A DNA stretch of 64,000 nucleotides, taken from contig CP075496.1 in NCBI GenBank assembly GCA_021613535.1, positions 6,696,001 to 6,760,000 of the forward strand. The letters are read 5' to 3'. Positions 26,098 to 39,412 of this stretch are shown piece by piece (position 1 is the stretch's first letter; the number at the start of each line of letters is the position of its first letter). Below the pieces are notes generated by a model. That model was not told the origin of the DNA. It searched no databases and saw only the letters and a program-made list of their open reading frames with translations. This DNA is from Adineta vaga. Taxonomy: Eukaryota; Animalia; Rotifera. Position numbers and translations under genes: made by a program.

Positions 26098-28863
26098 GCA
26101 ATACTTTTGAATCAATTCAACAACTAATTCCAGATATCGATAGTGTTGAATGAGTATTATTGTTCTACATTGAAACACTATACTCTATCTCACTATATCA
26201 TTCACTGTGAGAATGAAGCTAAAAGATTTCTGAAATAAATATTAACAACAGCGTTTGACCAAGAATCTGACTGCATAAAAAAGTGGAATAATGATGATGA
26301 TTTCACTGTACCTTTCCCGGTATTGATTTCTGTAAAAAAAAAGATGTCACTGTATAATCGATTTGAATACATATATTTTTCTTTTAAATGATGAAACTTG
26401 TATTTATTTATATATTCAATTGAAATTTAGCATCGATTAATTTTTGAAACATTTCTAAGGTTTCTATAGAAACTAGTGATAGAAATCACTGAATGATTTT
26501 CAAAGACCTTCTATATTACAATAACTACTATATTCTATGGTTGAGAAATCAGAATAATCAACAATGTTGGAAGATGTTATTGAATCTACAATTGAGGTAA
26601 ATTAAATTAAATATTCAATTATGAAATGATTTATTAATATTATTTAGGAAGAATTATCGAAAGAAAAACAAATCATATATGAGAAATTAGCAAATATATT
26701 TGATCCGGAAACAGCAATTAGTTATGTATGTCCAAAGACTAATGAACCTCGTGATGATACAACACTTGAAGACTTAAGACTTCGTATGTATATAAACTTT
26801 CTCTATTTTATATTTAATTTTCAATTATCAACAATATTTGAAGACTTCTTCAATTCCAAAGGAAATTAATTTTTACTATTCAATCTAACCATACAAATGT
26901 AAACGTTTGAATCCTAAGTAGTGCTACTATTGAAATTTAATTAGTAAACAAATGAAAATGAAAGAATTTATTTTCAATCAATAAAACCATAAAAGTTCAT
27001 CAGATAGTGACGATTTTTTGGAATCTTTGCAATCTTGAGATTACATGACATAGTTGTATATAGTTACAAAGAAAATGATTGAAAAATATCAATAGAAATT
27101 AAAAATAATCCAAAAAATGTGTAGAATATTCTAAGGAAATCAGAGAATTAATTAACGAGGGTGAAACCTTTTTCATGGCATAACCTTTTACAACTGAAAT
27201 CAGGAAATACTGTCATTCGCACGAATGAAAAGTAAGAAAGTACTAATTTGATCCTTGCAACTGATGATGACATAAAATCATCTAAATCTATTTGCATTTG
27301 AACACATTGAAGACGATGAATATTTCTATAGACATGCAAAACACATTTTCAAATAAAAAGTAGGTGTTAATGTACGTCTATATCTGTTTATTTAGAGAGT
27401 GAAGACCTTAAACAGAAGCCTTCGCGAATAATCATCTATAAGAAGGCAAAGGTCCGTTTCCTTGTTTTGTATACATTTTCTTGTTTCTTACCCTTAACAA
27501 ACTTATTTCCTAATAGTTTTTGTGATCTATTTTTTTCTAATTCTAACCTTCTTTTGCATTATTACAGTTAATTTTAACGAACAAGAAGCATATTTAGAGC
27601 GACTGCGTGAGTCGGTACATTATAAGACCACAACGCGGCCGCTATCACGTGCCGATCTTGAAGTATGCGTATTTACATAATGCTTTTTCCTTCACATTAA
27701 ATGCACGCTTATCTCTCTTCACATTCTCAATAAATCTAATTTCATATGTAAACATATCTAGGCTGCATATCAATCATTTGTTCGTGATCAAGTTGCTCAA
27801 CAAACATCACGTCATGAATTGGAACGATTTGTCCGAACTAGTTCAGATATAGATTCTGCTAAACGTTATTTAGATATGGCAAATGAGGTTTTAATCAATC
27901 CTCATCAGGTACATATATATATATAATTATTTTTCTTGTTTAACTTTCAACAACGACTCGACAAAATCATAATTCAGAGGAAAAGAAACAAGAAAAATCT
28001 TTTCAATATTAATACAAAGATTAAAGAATAGTTGAAGAGAGCAAAATCTTTCATGCAGATAATCAGCTTTTTTTGAAGAAAAAAATCAGTAGGAGATTGT
28101 TCTGATTGTATACAGATGAAAATGTCAAGAATAATATGGCATTTTCATTTAGTCTCAGCTATTATTTCGTTCATCAAAACTTAATGAGCAAAAAGCCAAT
28201 TTATTAAAATCATCCGGTTATTGTAATAGACTGCAACAATTAAATGAAGATCCAAGTATACAAAAATATTTTTCCGAAACATTGAATGTAAGCATTGAAT
28301 TAGTTTCTCCTCTTATTTCCGGATTTAATCATTTTGCTATTTCAAGAATACTTCAAGAGATTCTATTCAAGATCAAGATGAAGAAGAAGATTTTTTCGCT
28401 GAAAAACAAAATCTTTCTCGTTCACGATCGATACATCTTCAACATAATGAAAAAAAATATCATGTCCAATTTTTAAAAGATTGTGATGCTCATGATCCAG
28501 TATATCGTACAACAAATCGTCGATGTTTACCACTAACACAACGTTTGACACAGATAAATATTGAATCATTATTTGGTGCAGAAAATTCTCTCTCTCAAGG
28601 CCAATCTGCCGAATCAAATGTACAACGTGACAGTAAGAAATCGATTTTGAAATCACTCAAAAATTTATTGCATTTTTCTTCTTCTAGCTTTTCCACCATT
28701 GACTGTAGCTGCATTAAAAGAATATTGTCCATCATTTTCAGCTAAATCAACATCTCAACAAAGAAAAGCATCCGAAATGAATACTTCGCGTCAACGAAAA
28801 TCAATGCGGAAAGCGGATTTTATTTGGAATCAATCAGTTGTAGCATCGAAGAAATCTAAATGA
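26098..28863 (+). pseudogene. Unprocessed (intron-retaining) pseudogene of unknown family
   Basis: Phase-compatible exons 26460-26596, 26648-26783, 27568-27662 and 27762-27908 with GT-AG ends read as protein (EELSKEKQIIYEKLANIFDPE, EAYLERLRESVHYK, AAYQSFVRDQVAQQ). In-frame TAA at 26522 and 26555, plus frameshifts elsewhere. Confidence 0.65.
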
Positions 28864-29464
28864 TATTATTTTTGTTGTATTTTGTTTTGATAATATACTA
28901 CGCTCTATATCATTATTGACTATATTTTTTTCTCTCTCTCTCTCTCTATTGTTTGTTCGTTGTATAGAACTCACAGCTGGAGTTGATATCTATGCGCGTG
29001 CCAGAACGGAAATGAAAAGAAAAACTAATAACAGATTACAACATCTCTCTTGCGCACGTTCCATCTCCCATTGGCATCTCAACCGGCGAGAGTTCGCTAT
29101 CGTGCTAAACCTCTAAATGAAGGAAAGAATGTGACGACGAACGACATCTCGTACTATGGTTGGCGCATTTTTTTTCCCTAGCCTAACGACTAAAAATCGG
29201 AAAAGAGAAAAAAAAGAGAATGAAGAAACAAATTGAGCTATGGACCTTATTTACTTCTCACATTTTTATTCTAAATGACAAGGCAACGTCAGCCGATTCA
29301 TGCTCTGTTCTCTTCTGTGTGTCGATTTTTTTTCCTTCTCTATGTTCTTCATCACTGTCGAACTAAAGCTCGTTCTACTGACAAAATATGTCGATGCGTT
29401 TTCTCGCACACTAAGCAGAAAGAAAAAGAAACCGTGCAGAAAAACAGGAAAAAAACGCAGTGTT

Positions 29465-29499
29465 GTCGTCGTCGTCATCATCATCATCATCATCATCAT
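29465..29499. repeat. (GTC)n/(CAT)n trinucleotide microsatellite
   Basis: Direct reading of the sequence. Confidence 0.9.
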
Positions 29500-29573
29500 A
29501 TGCGTATTCTTCCATCATTTCTAATTTCTCGTGTCAATTTTCATTGTGTGCAACAAAAGAGAAGAGGAAAAAA

Positions 29574-29633
29574 GAAGAGGAAGAAGAGGAAGAAGAGGAA
29601 GACGAAGAAGAAGAAGAAGAAGAAGAAGAAGAA
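29574..29633. repeat. (GAA/GAG)n purine trinucleotide tract
   Basis: About 20 units. Explains the poly-E/K/R ORFs in the ORF track. Confidence 0.9.
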
Positions 29634-32600
29634 CGATACCAGTGATAGATAGATGGATGGTTTTGATAGATGTTTGGATGGAGAGAAGACTTCCACCTCT
29701 TCTCCCGATACATCTAGTCAAGAAGAGAAGAGAAGAGAAGAGAAAAAAAACGAAGAAGAGTAAGACGTCTGGTAAAACTATAAACAATAACAACAACAAC
29801 AACAGCTAGAAACTGATGAAGAAAAAGTAATAGAGAATGATAGGAATTCTGCTACCCATTCTTTCTTTTTTCTCCTTCGGTTTTTCCTTTCTGTCTTGCT
29901 ATACAACCATCATCAGGCTTCGTTACCATCTTCTGCACTACTACTATCAATACCATGTGGGTGTGTATATTTGTCTATATGTTGACTTAAAAATACAAAA
30001 TTACGGGAAGGAACTAAAGTAAGTTCATCGTTAAATGGCAACGATTCGACGGTAAGAGAAAAGAGAAATGGTTTCTCTTGGGTTTATTCTTTATAATACC
30101 TCATGCACTACAATCAACTCACACACGCAATCGATTTTAGGTTTCCTTTTCTTGTCGTCATTGTCGTTATTTTTATTTTCTATATTGAATCTTTCGACGA
30201 TGGAAATTTGAGATGATGATGTTCGACATAAAGTCTACCTTATTTAACTCAATATATATGAATAACATTTTCTATTTCTCGGTTTTTTTTCCTCTTCTTT
30301 ATTTACAGTTCTTCTAGTCATTCTTTAACAATTGTAGTCAGCATCTTTCTACTCATACAGATCGACACCAGACGAATGTATATGTGTATGTCGTCATCAG
30401 TGTTACTCGACTAGATAGTACTTTTTCTTTCTTTTATTTTTTAGCAGGTGGAATCACGCTCTATGCATTTAACTGTTTTGTTTGATTGAAATACTAGAGA
30501 AAAGAAGAAAAAAGTACGAGAGAAGACAACAAAGAAACGCAGTCTTTCTTCTCTCTACTAATTACTCCTCGGTTCTTTTCCTTTTCTTTCTCTCTATAGC
30601 ATTCGTTGGCTTACCCATTTGTCTGATGAAAAAAAGGAAGAAAAAAAAGAATGAGCACTACAAAAAGTAAGTAAGGTAAAATAAGTTGATGAAAATATAT
30701 TTCTTACTAATACGAGAATACAATAAACTAATCAAATTGGTTTTAAAATTAGTAAGGTTAACTTTTAATATATTTTTTTTTCATTAAAAACAATATCTTG
30801 ATCAATTAGTTCAATTATAGGCAATTTTAAAAACAGAATCATTATCTAAATAAATCTACTTAATAACTGGTAAATATCATCGAGAGCAAATTATCAGAAT
30901 CCTTTATATTTAATAGAATGTGTATGTATTTGTTTCGAAGGAAATACATCTATTTAGATAATTTATATATTGATCAATAAAAGAATTGATTTTTATTGTT
31001 CAATCGCTTTTTTTCTCCTAGTTTTCTATGATATAGATATTTGATCCAAGGAAAAATGGTTTTATTTCAAATGAATTTAAATGATCACTGATTTTATAGT
31101 TATATCAAATTAATTCTTTTATTAGTAGTCAATAATCAGTTTATTCGTTCATTCATACATTCATTTGATGATGACAGCAATGAGAGTTGTCACGCCTTCT
31201 GATTGATGAGCGAGCTCATACGGCACTCATCGTCGTCTCTGTTTCTCTCTACTATTTGAGATAATTGCTGACTGGCTGCTAGGATTTTCAGATAGACTAA
31301 GGCGGTGGTTCTAGCGCATCACCATCGTCTCTCATTTTTTTCCTTTCTCGTCAGTATTCTATTCTCTTGCATGCGCATGCATGCATGCGTGCGTGTATGT
31401 TTGTTCTGTTCATAACTATTACTGCTTCTATAACAATAGTTGATGATGGTGTTAAGAGTTCCTTCGCGAACTAGTCTACGACACAGATATATAGGTGATA
31501 CGAATCGCAAGAAATATTACACGAGAAAAGAGAAAAAAAACTGATTGAACATGCATTTACATTTTGTTTCTCTCTTTTTTTTGTAGATCATGATTAGTTG
31601 ATGTCGACAATTGTCCTGATTCTATAGATAGATAGATCTATATATATAGCTACACACGCAAAATATTGCTTTCAATTATTCAACTTCGAGACCAACCTGT
31701 GCCATTACTTGTTTCTTTCTTTTTTTTACTACTGCTGCATGGTAAGTCATCATGACAGCGCTACTGATGTGACGAAGAGAGACAACGAAGAAGAAGATGA
31801 AGAAGAAGATGTAGAAGTCACAACAAGAAAATAGCACGTCTGTGTATAGTCCAAAGCCTTTGTCTCTTCTTCTTCTTCGCTCCTTTCTCTTCTCTTTGTC
31901 TCTCTCTTTTACACATGATGAAACACTCCCTTTCAGTATGCCCATGCAGATCTGGAAAGCGAGAAACCTTCTTTTTTCTAGAGCCTTTACTAAGTTGGCC
32001 ATTTTCTTGTCTTATTTATAGACGCTTCAATGAACGCTAATAAAACGCGAACGCGACTGTCGCATTATGTTCGTCTTCTACAAAGACACCACACGAACAT
32101 TGAAGTACTCATCAACTAGGTATGAAAATGGATTTTCTCTATTTGCTTTACTTTTTTTTTTTGAAATCTGAAGAAAAAAACAACTTAATTTATAGTTAAA
32201 TATATAACAATTATACTTGTCTGAAATCTTATGCTATATAGATGCAATTCCTGTCGTCTCTCTTCGAATAAAAGTAAATTGACATTTCATATCCTGTGTA
32301 TACATAGGAAAAACAATTTTAATTTCTTGATTAAGAAAACAATAAAGAATCTTTTGAAAAAAGTCTTCAGATTTCAGACATCTTCAGTTAAATCAGCAAT
32401 TTTCTTTTTCTTTTTTATATCCACATGAAATTTGAACATATCTATCTATTGGTAAAAGAGATCATGCATAGCTCCTCTTTTCTATGACATTAGCAAAAGA
32501 ATGTAAAATAGAAAGAAGGAAGAAGAAAGAATATGAGCTTTTTCTGATAGTGACATTGATTACTCCTCTCAGCCGCTAGTCGAAAAAGAGGAAGATTACA

Positions 32601-32991
32601 ATATACATCAAGTTATTCTATTTTATCTCATTTAATATTAGATGATGATGATGATGATGTTGTTGTTTTTTGTTCAGATGATTATATCATGTACTAGATA
32701 TATAAATTGATATTTTTAGGAAAAAAAGAAAAGCATTAACTTTATTGTCAAGTACTTCGTCAATAATAACAGTAGCAGTACAACCTCGTCGCTGCTATCT
32801 TTTTTCATCTTCTTCAACAGTACCCTCCTATTCAGTGCTGATTTTTTCAGCTGCCGACTTCCTCTTCCGGCTCACAGAGGTTTTTGTCGGTCAAGTCGAA
32901 GAAGTGCAAAAGAATTGTTTCCGTAAAGTAAGCAAAAAAAAGAAAATTGAAATTAAATAAAGAAGAATTCTTTTTTTTTCTTTCTCAGATT

Positions 32992-35900
32992 ATGAGCTCA
33001 CGCCATTCAAATCAAGAAAACTCATCAATTTACGAAAGTAATCGATCGCGCCGTCAACAACCAGCACCTTCCAGTCAACACGAGCCACTTAACTCTTCTC
33101 CTGCACATAGTGATCAAGAATCAAAAGCTTGTTGTTTCTGCTGGTGTTGCTGTTGTTCCTTTTCGTGGTATGTATTGACATATGTATTATTCATGTTTAA
33201 TTTAATTTCCATTTTCTATTGCGCAAAAGACTATACAAATATATAGATACCTTGATTTTTGTACGTTTCTTTTCATCTCATTTTTACTATTGACGTTTGA
33301 GTAATTAGTTCATCTGTATATAATCGTAGTTTGTTTTTTGTCTATCTCTCTTGCTTTAGACGTGGGTCTCCTCATCATCACATATTAAAAGACAGCAGCA
33401 TCACATTCATTGATACAAAAATTGGTCCCCTACTCCTTTCCAGTCCTCGTGGTGAATTTGCGCGTTCAAAAGCGCGCGTGTGCATGTGAAAAGAACATGA
33501 TTAAAAATTTCAAATTTAACCCATTCGGTTCCATACGACGTCATCCAAAGTATGTTGAAACTTTTCATTACTATTTCTATTTCGTATGTTGTATTCATTG
33601 ACATTTGACTTGTCAATATTTTTCCTTGGATTCTTTCTTCTTCTTTTATTCAACAATGTTGTGATGATGCTGCTCTTCTTCTGTTGTATAAGCGAAAAAC
33701 TAAACGGAGAAGGAGACTCACGTTTTGCCAAATATGATTTCCGTTTCGGAAAGACAAGAATAATAGGTCATATTATAACTTGGTCAGTTTACTTTCAACG
33801 TTATTGTTATCGATCGAATCGTTTGTTACTTCTATCTACTCTTATCTTTTTTATTTGCGAAAGTCATTTAACAAAACGATACATATCTTGATAGTAGATG
33901 CACTCGTAACGATAGCGTATAAACTTTAAATGCATTTCTATTGGGAAAGACGACGCGAACGTAGCTCGTTACTTTGCTCAATAATCCGATAACAAAGTTG
34001 CTACTTGCATTCGCGTGTACTATATATTGCGGCCTCTCTAACACTGAGATTTCTTCTTCTTTACTTCTCTCATATAACTATTACTTTGACGGGTGAAAAC
34101 GAAACGGTTCTCCCTGTGTCTTTTTTCTCTTTCGCTTCTACTTCTTTTTTTGTTACGCGTCTTTAATCTGATTAGAGACATATCTATCGTTTCTTTCTTT
34201 TTCTTCTCCCTCTTCTTCCGCGAGTCACATCGTCGGTGTTTTCCTTGCATAAATCTGTAAAAAAAGAAGGAAAAAAGTGTTCAACGTCGACGCCGACAAC
34301 AACCATTCGCGTTCTCGGCCTTGTCATCGTCATCTTTTTTTATTCCAGAGTTCTTATTAGCTAAATCATGTTAGCTAAAGAAAAAACTGAATCTACATTT
34401 CTCTCATTCGCCGAGCTTGTCTTTGATGTGATGTTCTTGCCAGTAGCGCGAGACCAAAAGAAGCCAAAAGAAAAAGAACATGTCATTCTCGTTTGTGTTG
34501 ATTCTACGGGTAGTAGTGAGAATGATGATAGTGATGAAACTTTGACTGTTATTGTCGCCACCAACTCAACGTCGTTGCAGATACAGAAAAGAAAACCCGA
34601 GAAAAAGAAGAAGAAGAAACAGAAAAAGAAGAAGCAAAAAAGAATTAATAATAATTTTTTTTGTCGACGGCAACGATGGATCATGGAATTCAAACAGCAT
34701 CCATCATCCTCATCATCGTCGTCGTTGTTCTTACATCAGTATGACTTTTCAAATTTGGTCTCGTGGCCATATTGTTGGCAGTCGAAATCGTTTGAAATAA
34801 TAAGAATAAATTATATATCAAAGTTTTCCAGTTAAACTATTTTCAACAATCAAATGACGCAAGTTGTGCCTGAACATGTAGTTCGTGCACAACTCGGTGA
34901 TGGCACGAACAGTACAAGTAGTCGAAAAGAAAATAATAGTACGAATAAAAAACGATCACAACGTTCAAATTCAGCAACGTTAAGTACCATATCGGTTACA
35001 TGTGATACGGATACATCTATACGATCGCGATCGAGTCGTTATCAACAATCTCCAACGAAAACTTCATCATTGTCGAATAATAAAATGAGTGGATCACATT
35101 CATCAGCAACACTAGTAAATATGTTATCAATCCTCCTCCAACAGCATATCGAAATCATCAATACAAATTGAGTGGAAATAGCTTATCATCAATGTCAACG
35201 AGTGCAACAACTACATCAGGAATGAATATGATTCTTGAAAAATCATCAAAGAGTGCTTCGTCCTCAACGTTATCGATGCCGAATAGACATTTATTGAAAA
35301 ATACAAACGGAAAAGGAGCTGGTACTACTTATGGAACAGCATTTGCTACACGGAATTTTTCGAATAAACAACGAGCAACATCATTTGATGATGATCATCA
35401 TCAACGTTCAAATCAAAATCGTGGAATTGGAAAAAGCGTTCTCGAACATCTTGTTTTTGTCTTTCCAGAAAATGTTCGAAGAATCTTAGGAGGGTCGAAA
35501 AAGTAATCTAAAAAACAATTTTTCAGTTCTTTCTTGCTTTCTCTTTTGTCTTAAGTTCTTATTCTAAACATTTATTATTTAACAGCTATCAATCTCTTCA
35601 TTCATTTTCTTTTCATTCTAGTTTAACCGTGCGCAACGACGAAAGCCGACAACCAGCGGAGCCTGTAGATATAGGCGAACCGTATGTATTTTAACTATTT
35701 TGATTTTCTTAAACATAAAAAAGAAACATTCTTTATATATATAGGCCATCTATAGAAGAGATAAAAAGCTGGTCGGAATCTTTTGACAAATTAATGCTTA
35801 ATCCCGGTAAGACTTTGAAATGATAACATGACTGAAGTCTGTCAAAACTTGATTGAATTTTTTTTCTTCTTTTTAATCTTAGCTGGTCGTCGTTATTTTC

Positions 35901-36295
35901 GTGACTTTTTACGATCTGAATATAGCGAAGAAAATTTCCTATTTTGGATGTCCTGTGAATCACTTAAAAATGAACAAAATCCTGAAAGAATTGAAGAAAA
36001 AGCAAGATCAATCTATGAAGATTATATATCAATTCTATCTCCGAAAGAAGTAAAATACAACTAATAATAATCTATTTATGATTAAATTATATATTCTTTT
36101 CTTTGTTTATTAAAGGTCAGTTTAGATAGTCGAGTACGAGAAGTAATTAATAGAAATATGGTTGAACCATCTCCTCATACATTCGACGAAGCCCAACTAC
36201 AAATATATACTCTAATGCATCGTGACTCTTATCCACGTTTTATAAATTCACAAATATACCGGCGAATACTACGTAATGAAGATCCAACAACTTGA
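32992..36295 (+). CDS. RZ-family regulator of G-protein signalling (RGS17/19/20-like) with cysteine string
   Basis: Exons 32992-33167, 35622-35681, 35745-35806, 35883-36049, 36116-36295 give CCFCWCCCCSFSCLTVRN and the RGS box (FLRSEYSEENFLFW, IYEDYISILSPKEVSLDSRVRE, LMHRDSYPRF). Confidence 0.93.
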
Positions 36296-38608
36296 TGAAT
36301 GCGTGCCGTGTGCGTTTAATCCGGTTTAAACAACCTTTGGTTATTTTGTTCCTTGAAACTTTTCTGTTCTTATGTCTTCACGACACATTCCACAGTGTGG
36401 ACGCATCCGTTGTCGCGTAGAAAAAAAATCAAATATCAATTTGTCTTTTCTCTTTTTCGTTTTTCTTCGTTTTTTAAAGGCGTCAGATGCCTATTTACAT
36501 CATCGCCGCTATTTAAATCAAAGTGTTTCTATATATGTATATTTTTCTACAATCTAGACATATGATTTTTCTGATGCGCGCGCGCGACATTCGATTCCCC
36601 GTCTCTCAACTGTGATGAAAATCTCTTCGTTTCTTCTTCTTCTTCGTCTTCTTTTGTCTTTTGTTGTGTGTATGCGGGTTTCTGTTTTCTCTTCGTTTTT
36701 AGTCGTCTCCGTCTGCATTTAAACGAACAGTGACATGGAATGCCATCGACTTATCTGCATGTATGTTTTGTTGGTTAAAAACGAGAAAAAGATCTTTCTT
36801 ATATATGTGCGTGTTATCTATGTTAGATTGTCATAATTTAGAATAATGAAAACGGAATGGTGGCATTCATGTTCTTTCCTTCTCTTCTTGTTTTTGTATA
36901 GTTGATTGTTGTTCTTTCTTTTTTTCAGTTTCTTTCTCTCTCCATTTCGTTCTTGCTCTTTCTTTCTTTCTGTGTCTCGCGCTCTCTCTCTCTCTCTCAT
37001 TCTTTTCTTTTTTTTCTACATCACTGTGTTGACTTTTATTGTCAATAACCAAATTTTTGGGACAGTATTCAAAACAAAACAAAAAATACAGGAAAATGAT
37101 ATTTCATTGAAAACATTAGATATATGAGTCGATCAGAAAGAGATTAGTAGGTGAAAGATTTTCGGTAATCTGTCGAGTAGAATAATATTACTTATTTATT
37201 AAATGTAGTGATTAGATAGAAAGACTTATTCACAATTGATAGATGAATATGAACGATGGATGATATTAATCAAAGTATCAATGATGAAAAACAGTATATT
37301 ATTAGCTTAAGAAAATATTAGTAGGAAAAATCTGGTTCTCTTTTATTCGTTGTGTGGATCATATCTTAGTCTCTTATCTTAACGGATAAGTCTGTAAATA
37401 ATGACAATTGATCTAACAAAGTCACAATGATGGATATCTGTGATGTCAATAAAAGTTTCGTGTGTTTGTCAAAAGAAGTCATTTGTTGAGGAGAAAAGAT
37501 TTTTTGATCGATGAGATGAATCATTCCATATGGTCGACATCATCTTATCATGAGAATCATTACTGATTGTTTATCTCTCTGCTAATGTCGAAAATAATTT
37601 GTCTTCAAGTCTTCGTTAGATTGTTTTTCTTCATGATTAAAAAAAGAAGAATATAAAAAGAAATCCAGTTACTTCTTTTTTAGTTCAATCGGTAGTATTG
37701 AGAAATAGTTGTCGTTTTCTTATTTTAACTCAGTTTTGTGAAACATTGATTTATTATTCCATTGTGTCTGGAAAATGTAAATTTTAATTAAAAATATAAG
37801 AAAAACATTCTTAAGGTCATGTTAGTTGTACGTTTCAGATCAATTCAACTCTTTGTGTCATGGTTCTTTTACAAGAATAATTTATTCATAAATTATATAC
37901 AATATAGATTACGGAAATTTCACTATTTGACCCTATACAGCGTCACTCGTGTTCAATTGAACGTGATTTTAGAAGTTGTTAGTCTGATTCGAATAGGAAA
38001 TTGAACTAGTTTTCAAGCAATCTCAATACTCTTTTACTTGATGATTTTTGTCGATAAAGTGAAAAAATGAATGTTTTTTAAATACAAAAAAGCTGACTTC
38101 CGACTTAAGAAAGTAAAACGCACACTGACATACTCATTTCTTTACGGTACAAACTTAATACAACGAAAATTCTACAACTAAATATTGCAATGTACATCGC
38201 TGTTAGTTTCGATTAATCAAATCAAATCGAATATATATATATATATATTTCACACATATATTCTGTCAATATTCGAACCACGCCTTCAATGATTATCAGA
38301 CTTTCTAATTACCGTGTTAAAGTTTGTCGAACGCACGACACAAAAATTCGATCAGTTCTATACATAATGTATCAAGCTAGGTGGGAGGACATGTTCATTA
38401 CGGATATCAATTTACCTGGTGCGCAGCTAATAATTTTCTCTCTTCGTCAACATTCTTAATTGTTTCAATTGGTCAGATTTCATTAGAGAAAATATGAACG
38501 ATATCGAGAGAAAGAGGGAGAGAGAAAGAAAAAGAAAAAGAAAAAGAAATAAATATATATATTCTTTTACAAATAAATATTCACTCATTAGTTGAATATT
38601 CATCAATC

Positions 38609-39202
38609 ATGTTTTGTACATCTCAATATCAACAACAGATCTCACATGAAGTAGGAAGAAGAAAGAGACAGAGAGAAAGCGAGAGAATAAATAGTTGATT
38701 CATTTTTTATTTAATATTTTAGAATGAATTTCATTTAAACAATAATGAAAATACTATTCCAAAAAGGATCGCCCAGTCGACTACATCCAAACCTAACAAG
38801 CAATTGCCAGAGAAAGCGATTCGTTTAATGAATTCTTGGTATCTTGCACATGAAGATAATCCATATCCAAATCGAAATGATTTAGATTATTTAGCGACAA
38901 ATGGTGGTATTAAAGAAAGTCAAGTTAAAGCATGGTTTTCTAATAAACGTAATCGAACACAAAATACACATCCAAAACGTGCCAAACGTTATCTAATTCG
39001 AAATCAAACTCAACAAAATCCAATACTTTTTAATGAACCCGAAAAAATTCATATTGCCGATGAACTTGAACAACGTGCACATGTATTACAACATTCTAAT
39101 GGTCAGGCATCCTCTACTAGTACAACTACTGCTACTGCTTGGACATGGTTGCCATCACACGCATACGATTATTATTCTCATCAACATTATTATAATCAAT
39201 AA
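38609..39202 (+). CDS. TALE-class homeobox protein, divergent PBX-like
   Basis: Exons 38609-38650 and 38723-39202. Homeodomain with the TALE PYP insert (WYLAHEDNPYP) and helix 3 QVKAWFSNKRNR. Confidence 0.88.
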
Positions 39203-39412
39203 CAAAAAATATGTATATATGTGAACTAAAATCATCTATTTTCTATTTTTTATTTTGTTCGTGAGAAAAAAAGCAAATTATGAGAAGAAAAAATGGAATA
39301 AAATGAAAAGATTAGATTGTCTTTGTCATTTTCTAGTTATCATTTTGATTTTATACTTGGCTATTCATTCAAAAAGTAAAAATAATTCAAAAAAATCATC
39401 ACAGTCCATTAC

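Noticed and set aside
26098-28863. Possible Treslin/TICRR identity of the pseudogene
   Set aside because: Only a vague impression of similarity; no diagnostic motif could be aligned.
29266-29809. Overlapping ORFs with poly-H/K/E/R/S tracts
   Set aside because: Produced by (CAT)n and (GAA)n microsatellites that are open in several frames; no domain or splice support.
34361-34835. 155-aa and overlapping ORFs upstream of the long RGS exon
   Set aside because: Driven by A-rich/GAA tracts; more plausibly 5' UTR of the alternative isoform.
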